Below are positions 56,333 to 64,000 of a DNA stretch of 64,000 nt, one piece after another. The stretch is from NCBI GenBank assembly GCA_965223345.1, contig CBDCWG010000012.1, forward strand, positions 992,001 through 1,056,000. The letters run 5' to 3'. The notes under the pieces were generated by a model. The model did not search any database. It had not been told where the DNA came from and worked only from the letters and a program-made list of their open reading frames with translations. This stretch comes from Nitrospinales bacterium. Its GTDB lineage: Bacteria > Nitrospinota > Nitrospinia > Nitrospinales > VA-1. How positions within the stretch are numbered: position 1 is the stretch's first letter; each line of letters opens with the position of its first letter. The translations under genes and the position numbers were made by a program.

Positions 56333-59059
56333 TTACACCGCAAAGACTTTCATCACTTCATCTCCGAAGTGATTGATGACTTTCACCGCGAAACGTCCGC
56401 TGTCAGGTCGTTCAAAGGGCCTGGATTTGTCCCGGTAGAGGGTTTCCCATGCTTCTTTGTCGATTTCCGCTTTCAGGCTGGTCTTTAGAGATTTATAAGG
56501 ATCGCTCGCGCCGAGGAAATAGGCATGGCGGACAAAGAAGCTTTCCTCGTTATAATCCGTGTCGATAAACCATGCCGCAATATCATCTTTGCCGCTGGCG
56601 CGGACATCGCCGGTTTTGGGATCGAAGACATCCACACCTAGAACCTCAACCACGATTTCGCCGTCTTCATTGAAATCCCATTCCACATCTGGCTCGCCGA
56701 ACACGATGAACAGATTGCCCGCGCCGGTGTTTTTGAGTTCATCAGACATATGCAGGTCGGGATTCATCTTGGCTTTGAGGATAGGAAGAGGGCCGAGTTT
56801 ATTGAGTTCGGATGTATGCGGCTCAAAGTTAAAACCGCAGGATATTAACGCGTCAAAGCGAGCGTCCAGTGCTTCCCTAGCGGCGGCGGTCAGGTCGGCA
56901 CGTCTGACAGTTCCAAATTCCGGGCCGATGAAAATGGCGGCACGTTTGGTGATATTGCCTTCCATGAAATGCGCTTCGGCGGCGATATAATCGCCGGGCC
57001 AGCCCTCCATTGCTGTGAAAGTGATTTTATCTTCCTTCGCACCCTGCTGGACCCCGGCGCTTTTCAGGTTTTCAAGGATCATTTGCGTAAAGTCTGTCAG
57101 AGGCTCGCCAACTTTATTCTTGGATTTTCGTTTGCCCTGGGCGGCCTTGATGTCCTCTATTAGTTCGACATCATCCACAGGAAGAACGCGGTGCGGAGAT
57201 AGACTCTCGACCGTAAATGGCCCGGCCACACGGACGCGGCTTTTATCTTCATAGGGGCGGTCGTAAAGAAATTCCACATCGGCTTTTTGAGCAATGGATT
57301 TATCGATTTCCTTCTGGCGCTTGATCCGTAAACCCCACCAATCTTTATGTAGCTTTTTGGCTTCTTTAGACCAATTTTCATCGACTACGCGGGGAATTTT
57401 CCATTCCTCCCATTTTTTGCTTAGAGCCTTGTTCAGTTTTTCGCGCAAGGGCTCCAGCTTTTCTTGATACTTATCCCAGATCACATCAATTTCAGCATTA
57501 TTGGCAATATTTTTGAGCATAATATGCGGCGCTCGCTCATAAACAAAACCCTGCCGGATGTCACCATGCGTGGGCGTATCGGGGTGGATTTTACCGCTGA
57601 CTTCCTGCTCCTTGCTACGGCCTTGCGCGCTATCTGCAAGATAATAATAGGAATAGCGCGCGCCCATTAGCCGAGCCCGCGCCAGAGCAAGAGAAACACG
57701 CGAAGTATCAATCGTCATCCACCGTCGTCCCCATTGTTCCGCTACCGTTGCCGTTGTACCTGAACCGCAGGTGGGGTCAAGAACTAGATCGCCGGGATCG
57801 GTGGCCATAAGAATACAACGCTCAACTATTTTTGGAGTTGTCTGCACCACGTACACTTTTGCTTCAGTAAAGGAACCAGAGATAGTATCTGTCCAGATAT
57901 TGTGCCGAATTGAAATCGGAAAGTCAGACAGGCGGCTTTTAAAGCGGAAGGAATTTTTAGTTTGGAAAATCCGATTTGCCTTCTTAGCGCGCTCTAAGCC
58001 AGTCAACGTAGTTTTCCAATGGCTTCCTGATGGTGGGTTTCTTACTACGCCTCGGAAGGAAAACGGTTGTGGAGACGATGCATCTCCTGGAGATACTAAG
58101 GAGACTGATTGAAATCGCCGATCTACCTCTGGGAGGTCACCTTCCGCGAACTCCGTATCAAGGTATCTATATGCTGTTCCTCCATCAGCATCCTTAATAT
58201 TGTAGAGTTCTCGATATTTGACCTTTTGTGCATCACGTGCGTACCAAAGAATCGTATCGTACACTGGCGGTAAGAGCGTGCTTGTAACATATGGCGCTTT
58301 CTGTACAACAATCCCGCAACAAAAATTATCTTCACCAAACACTTCATCCATTAAAGCTCGAACACGATGGACATTTTCATCACCAATCTGCACAAAAATG
58401 GAACCGCTTTCGGTCAACAGGTCGCGCATAACGGTAAGACGGTCGCGCAGATAGGTCAAATAGGAATGAATACCGTCTTTCCATGTGTCACGGAAGGCTT
58501 TGACTTGTTCCGGCTCTCGAGTAATTTCTTCCAGCTTGCCATCTTTGACGTCGCGAGAGCGGGTGGAAACCTGCCAGTTGGAGTTGAACTTGATGCCGTA
58601 GGGAGGATCGAAGTAGATGCACTGGACCTGGGCCCGTAGTCCCTCCCGTTCCGCGAGGCTAGCCATCACTTGCAAGCTGTCCCCCAGAATCATGCGGTTT
58701 GACCAGTTCTGATCGTGTTCGTAAAACTCGGTTTTGGCCTCAGGGTCGATGCCATTGAAATCAGCGAACGTATCGAACATATCAGCCTGTTCCTGTTCTA
58801 CTTTTGCCCTTTTTTGTGACTGACGCATGAGGTCGTCGATAATGGCCTTGGGATGTATTTTTTCCTGAATATAAAGCGGAGGAGCCTGCACCACGAGGTC
58901 TGACCAATCCTGCTGATCCTTTCCGCGCCAGACAAGTTGTGCTTCGTCGAGATCGACATAGCCTTTTTCCGTGACTTCTTTAATCTGTTCTTTGGTCAGG
59001 CGAACGCGTGTGCCTTTCCACACCATCTGCGGGTCCAGGTCGCCATCCCGTGGTCGAGC
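56333..59059 (-). CDS. mod: Type III R-M methyltransferase (Mod, beta-class N6-A); native N-terminus removed by IS
   Basis: NRMILGDSL, YFDPPYG, DPTCGSGTT, AVKVINHFGDE. The frame stays open (ARPRDGDLDPQ) up to the IS end at 59060; first in-frame ATG is at 59026. Confidence 0.88.
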   Translation of the reverse strand, partial: ARPRDGDLDPQMVWKGTRVRLTKEQIKEVTEKGYVDLDEAQLVWRGKDQQDWSDLVVQAPPLYIQEKIHPKAIIDDLMRQSQKRAKVEQEQADMFDTFADFNGIDPEAKTEFYEHDQNWSNRMILGDSLQVMASLAEREGLRAQVQCIYFDPPYGIKFNSNWQVSTRSRDVKDGKLEEITREPEQVKAFRDTWKDGIHSYLTYLRDRLTVMRDLLTESGSIFVQIGDENVHRVRALMDEVFGEDNFCCGIVVQKAPYVTSTLLPPVYDTILWYARDAQKVKYRELYNIKDADGGTAYRYLDTEFAEGDLPEVDRRFQSVSLVSPGDASSPQPFSFRGVVRNPPSGSHWKTTLTGLERAKKANRIFQTKNSFRFKSRLSDFPISIRHNIWTDTISGSFTEAKVYVVQTTPKIVERCILMATDPGDLVLDPTCGSGTTATVAEQWGRRWMTIDTSRVSLALARARLMGARYSYYYLADSAQGRSKEQEVSGKIHPDTPTHGDIRQGFVYERAPHIMLKNIANNAEIDVIWDKYQEKLEPLREKLNKALSKKWEEWKIPRVVDENWSKEAKKLHKDWWGLRIKRQKEIDKSIAQKADVEFLYDRPYEDKSRVRVAGPFTVESLSPHRVLPVDDVELIEDIKAAQGKRKSKNKVGEPLTDFTQMILENLKSAGVQQGAKEDKITFTAMEGWPGDYIAAEAHFMEGNITKRAAIFIGPEFGTVRRADLTAAAREALDARFDALISCGFNFEPHTSELNKLGPLPILKAKMNPDLHMSDELKNTGAGNLFIVFGEPDVEWDFNEDGEIVVEVLGVDVFDPKTGDVRASGKDDIAAWFIDTDYNEESFFVRHAYFLGASDPYKSLKTSLKAEIDKEAWETLYRDKSRPFERPDSGRFAVKVINHFGDEVMKVFAV

Positions 59060-60581
59060 TGTAGGTCGTCAAACGAATCTGGACCAAAGTTGAGTTTTAG
59101 TTAGAGACACATTTTTATAGTTCTTCAATATATAGTTTTCAAGTTTTAGTTAAGCGACCCTGGCTTTTAGGTTTTGTTTCCGCCTCAGTTCCAGGGTTTT
59201 CTTTTTGATTCGATCCCGTTTTGTCAGGATCTCACGATGCCTGCCGAAGTAAACATCAGCGGGAGTGACGTTGTTGAGTGCCTCGTGATATCGGTGGTTG
59301 TTGTAGTATTCCACGAAGCTTGAGATTTCCCGCTCCAGTTCCCAGGGAAAGTAATAGTTTTGAAGTTTGACCACGTTTTTCATGGACCGGTGATAGCGTT
59401 CGATTTTGCCCTGGGTCATGGGATGATACGGGGCTCCGCGCGTGTGCGTCATACCCTGTTTTTCCAGGTAGGACCTGAGTTCACCAGAAAGATAGCAGGG
59501 CCCGTTGTCGCTGAGCAGCCTGGGTCTGTGCCGGACCTGGACCCGATCCACACTGGTGTTTGAGATCGCTTCGTCGAGTGTGTCCTTCACATCCGAGGCA
59601 GTCATGGAGGTCGTCAGTTTCCAGGCGAGAATGTATCGGGAATAATCGTCCAGAACGGTAGACAGGTAATACCAGCCCCAGCCGACGATCCTGAAATAGG
59701 TGAAATCCGTCTGCCAAAGCTCATGGATTTGCCGGGTGGGGTTTTTGAAGGAATCGCCCGCCTGCATCAGGATATAGGCGGGGCTTGTGACCAGATCGTG
59801 GGCTTTTAGAATCCGGTAAACGCTGGATTCCGATATGAAGTAGCCCTGGATATCGGTGATTCTGCAGGCCAGCTCACGGGGCGAGAGTTCGGTTTGCTCC
59901 AGAGCGATCTCGACCACCTGTTTTTTCACCTCATCCGGAATCTTGTTCCAGAAGGATCGGGCCCTGGGCTGTTTCAGGTCCAGGCCCTCAATGCCATCTT
60001 CCAGAAACCTGCGATACCAGTTGTAGAAGGTGCTCCGGTGGATTCCAAGCTCTTTCAATGTCTGACGGACGGAAAGCTCGGATTCTTCTACAGTACGGAT
60101 GATCTCCAGCTTCTCTGAGGGACCGTACCTCATGGTTCGATGTCCTCCGAGTCCAAGCCATTCAGACTTTTTTTAAGAACCCGGTTCTTCAGAACGATCT
60201 CTGCTACCAGCTGCTTTAAGTGTTCGTTCTCCTTCCTTAGATCCGAAACCTCACCAGAGTTGGCTTCCCGGACCGTATCGCCCATCAGGCGTTTCTTGCC
60301 TGCCTCCAAAAAGTCCTTGCTCCAACGGTAATACAGATTGCTGGCGATCCCTTCACGTCTGCACAGGTTCGATATGCTGTCCTCGCCCCGCAATCCTTCA
60401 AGAACGATCCGGATCTTCTCCTCCGATGAGAACTTCCTTCGCGTCTTCCTGCGAATATCCTGAACGACCTTCTCACTCGACACTTTCTTGCTCATAAACC
60501 CCTCCATTTAATGGAAAGTTTAACAGAAAGTGTCCCTTAACTTTTTAACTCATTTGGTCCATTAGGCTTTGACGGGGAACA
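59060..60581 (-). mobile_element. IS3-family element, copy 4, inverted (orfA 60495-60130, orfB 60133-59150)
   Basis: Reverse complement of copy 1, 1522 bp, between res and mod, no target duplication. Confidence 0.95.
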
Positions 60582-63492
60582 ATTTGTTGCGCATGGTTCC
60601 CGATTTCAGTTTTACATTTTCCCGGCGGTAACCCTTGACCTCGACTATCAGATTTAGTGGCGTTTCCTGCCCATCATCAATCTGGACTATGAAATCCGGG
60701 ATATAGCGGCGGGCAGTGGAGCCATCTTTATATGGTACTTCCAATCCCAATCCCTGATTTTTCACGTAGGAGAGCACACGCGGATGTTGCTCCGCAACTC
60801 GGGCAAACTCCGCTTCCCAGTCACTATCGCAGACCACGAAATTGATATGTGATTTATTCGGTGCGGTAGTCCAGAGGTCTTTGCTAGTTTGAAAACCCAC
60901 ATGCGCTGTCGAGCCTTTAGGATTATAGGGATCTAGAACAGCCATGACGCGATCTTCATCACCAATTGTACACGCAATGGCATGATAGATTCGCTCGGCA
61001 GCCTGATTGGCGATGTCCTGGTATTGCAACATCCATGAGCCGGTATCCCCTTTACACACAAGGTAGCCACCGTCTATCCATTGCCGGACGATGCGTTTAA
61101 GCTGGCCAAACAAGGAAAGCTTCGGCTCGCCGTCCGCATCGCGGAAATAGCTGTAGAGGATATGTTTGGCGAGACGGAAAGAAACCGTGCTTGGCCTGAA
61201 TTCGCTGATTTCGGCAGCGCTGAGCGTTACACCCTCGCCGACAATCCCTTCCAGAAGAGTCTGGCCGGGACCAACCATTTCCGGGGTCAAGGTCAGCTCG
61301 GAATCCGGCTTGAAGTTTGCTGTCAAGCGCTCTTCCGGCAGATCAATGCGATAGCCCACAACACGTGGAAATGTAAGTTCGAGAGCATCACGCTCTTTAA
61401 TGGCCTTGACGCGCTCTGTCCGACGTGGCGGTACGGGCTTGGCGACTTGAGGCTTAGCCGTAAAATCAAAGGGAATCCCCATGATGTCTGCATATTCAAC
61501 ATTAAAGAGGCCTTCTTCATTGAGTTCATAGGAATAGCGGCGAAGCCCACGTCCAACGACCTGTTCGCACAAAAGCTGTGTGCCAAATGCCCGCACACCG
61601 AGAATATGTGTCACAGTATTTGTATCCCAGCCTTCCGTCAGCATGGACACCGATACAACGCATCGGACTTGCTCTCCGAGGCGACCTTTTTTCCCGACAG
61701 TGTTCATAACCTCGCGTAGAAGGTCAGAATCCGAAATCTCGCCCACATCACCGGCACCGCTGCGTTGTTTTCGTTCCCGCTTGAACTGTTCGATTTCCAA
61801 TGCGGCGGCGGCGCGGAATTCTTTATCTAATGCCTCACCGGACTCTAGCTGCTCGCTGTCGATCAAAAGCGTGTTGGGTTTGGTGATGCGGTTTCCATGT
61901 TCGTCATAGTTCCTGAACTTTGGCAAATGTCCACTATGTTCCCAAACAGGCTCTCCGTCTTCATTCGGGCGCTGCCAACCGGAAATCCATTCATAAACCA
62001 ACTTTGATGTGGAAGTATTATTACAAACAACTATAAAAACTGGTGGCGACTCAACACCTGATCTTTCCCATTCATCGAATGTTTCTTCATAATGGTTATA
62101 GAGAGCGACAAGAGCCGTCAAAAGCTGGGATGGCAAATCAAGGGGGCTGACATCAGCTCCGCCCTTGGCTCGACCTTTCTTTGGCATTTGTTTGCCTATA
62201 TGTTCCCAAAGCTCTCTAAAAATGGGGACTTCAGCCTCGGGAATGTTATCGGCAACTGGAACACGTGGTAGTTTTACAATCCCGCACTCAATGGCATCCA
62301 TCAGGGAAAAGTCACTCACGGTCCAGGGGAAAAGCGTTCCTTCCGCATAGCCGGAACCACGAAGGAAAAACGGAGTCGCTGAAAGATCGTAAACAGCCCG
62401 GACACCAAGCTTGCGTTTAAAGGCCTCAATACCGTTGATCCACAAGCGGGCTGCCTTGTTCTGGCTATCAGCTTCTTTTTTCTCATCGCCTTTCAGATCA
62501 CCGATGTCCTTATTTTCCGGTTTTTCGCGGTAACAATGGTGAGCCTCATCATTGATAACGACGATGTTTTTCAGTCCCATAAGTTCTTCAGCCACCCGGC
62601 GCACCATTTGCCCTTCGGTTTCTTTTGTTTGGGTAGGTTTGCCACGTCCTTGAAGAAGAGATCGTCCAACCCTATTCGTGTTCATCAGTTCCTTGAGTTG
62701 AAAAGCATGATAATTCGTGATAACGATTTTGGCTTTGTTAATATCCTCCAGCATATCGGATGGGACAAGTTCACGGGATTTGTAATAGCTGTCAGGGTCG
62801 TTCGGCATAAGAACGCGCAAGCGGTCCTTAATGGTAATGCCGGGAGTGACGATTAAAAATCCGCGTGTAAAAAGTTTACTGTTGGGAGAACGCACAGCAT
62901 TAACCGTCTGCCAAGCCATAATCAATGCAATCACAGTTGTCTTACCTGCACCTGTTGCCATTTTCATAGCAAGACGGATTAGGGCAGGGTTTGCCTGTTC
63001 ATTAGCTCCCTGGATATGATCCCAAAACTTCTTGTAGTTCTTTTGATTGCGAGCAACTTCCGTCAGCCAGATAATCGTTTCGATCGCCTCGACTTGACAG
63101 AAAAAGGGGCGTATAGCTTGATAATCGTGGTGTCGCCAATGTTGAAGCAATCTAGCAGTGGAAGGGGTTACACCCCAGTCGTTTGGACTTGGGAGATTTC
63201 GCCATGATCCAACAAGTGACCGGATTTCGTTTATAATTGGGGTCGGGTTGTATTCCTGTTCCTCGGTCGAAATGCCGTCGTTTTCGTATAAATCGAGCGT
63301 AGATTGTTTTGTATTGGTCTTTTTTCGTTTCTGTTTGCGGGGTTTGGGGACAGGAGTAATAAGCTCGGATCTTCGCCGTCCATCTTTTGGTGGCAGGTCT
63401 GTTGGCTGGCCGTCTTCATCCAGTGCATGGTAACGTTTCGGCTCCGCATACGGCGAATTCAATATTGGTTTTTTGTAAAAAGTCTCTACCAT
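60562..63492 (-). pseudogene. res: Type III restriction endonuclease (Res); C-terminus replaced by IS sequence
   Basis: PILNSPY, FFCQVEAIET, MATGAGKT, NDEAHHCY, MLTEGWD, EQVVGRGLRR, YIPDF..IVEVKG. The last residues LFPVKA come from the IS IRL. Confidence 0.88.
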
Positions 63493-63882
63493 ACGATCAA
63501 CCCCAGTTTTCAATGGTTGAAAATGGCACAACAAATTGAATGTAAAGAATATTACTTTCTTCTAGCGGAGACCATCATCCTTCATTGTGGCTGAGTTTAC
63601 CGAAATGACAGATATTTGTGTAGAAATAAATTGACGCAATGCGATCTCTGATTTTGGGTGATGAGCGGGGAGCGACGGGTCTAATGAGAAAGAGGTAGGG
63701 GGTAGCCCGCAAAATAGCAACTTTTTAGGTGGCCTTACCCAGTCAGAAATATTTTAAAAATTTTGGATTTCTGCACCATTGAAGGCATGCCCATAGCTGA
63801 GCATCGCGCGACGAGTGTTGTGAAGGTAGGTTGCTTGGGGGAGAATGAGGAGTGTCGATCGATTTATTAATAAAAATTTTTA

Positions 63883-63910
63883 ATGTCTGCTATCAGCCAA
63901 AAGCGGACAT
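63883..63910. repeat. Short imperfect palindrome
   Basis: ATGTCTGCT-N10-AGCGGACAT (one mismatch). Confidence 0.55.
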
Positions 63911-64000
63911 AAGGAAGAAGGTCACCGGATGCAAGAGAATAGCGTATGCCTCTTACGATCCGTTTGAGGTTTTAGGATATTTTCTACTATGAGACCATAC

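Noticed and set aside
63661..63682. GAGCGGGGAGCGACGGG resembling the reverse complement of a tRNA 3' end (att site)
   Set aside because: The match is short and imperfect, there is no T-arm or cloverleaf, and no partner repeat or integrase is in the window.
1..64000. CRISPR array, rRNA, tRNA or known riboswitch
   Set aside because: No regularly spaced repeats or recognisable structured-RNA signatures by eye; a covariance-model scan (Rfam, tRNAscan) would be needed to exclude them formally.

Overview
Bacterial chromosomal window. The gene families (FGE-like periplasmic proteins, many small c-type cytochromes, CxxC..CxxC mini-proteins) suggest a Nitrospina/Nitrospira-like organism, but this is inference only. 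1-6.5 kb (-): a tightly coupled ceramide/sphingolipid-type operon (spt, bcerS-like GNAT, cerR-like reductase, CDP-alcohol phosphotransferase, MMPL exporter). 6.8-21.7 kb: GC-rich mixed genes (TPR, ankyrin with a sigma-54 promoter, Sel1, tryptophanase, PilZ, solute-binding protein, nucleotidyltransferase, DksA-like, CsgG-like, ATP-grasp). 21.8-27.5 kb: a CarH/LitR-type B12 photoreceptor gene (many indels) and rudS/ybgA, divergent from an operon of two FGE-like proteins and small exported proteins; 11-bp-spaced operator repeats cover both -35 boxes. From about 27.5 kb the DNA is visibly more AT-rich and looks accessory. It holds an ArcE-like arginine synthetase plus carbamate kinase, an NhaR-like LysR, a 9-kb cytochrome c/YeeE/peroxidase/ZIP cluster with a cytochrome c'-beta pseudogene, and an IS-flanked TonB uptake operon headed by a His/Cys-rich HPP-ending leader ORF. 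It ends with a type III R-M/helicase defence cassette broken by an IS3 element (three full copies, one truncated copy, plus a remnant of a second IS3). No rRNA, tRNA or CRISPR array was seen.
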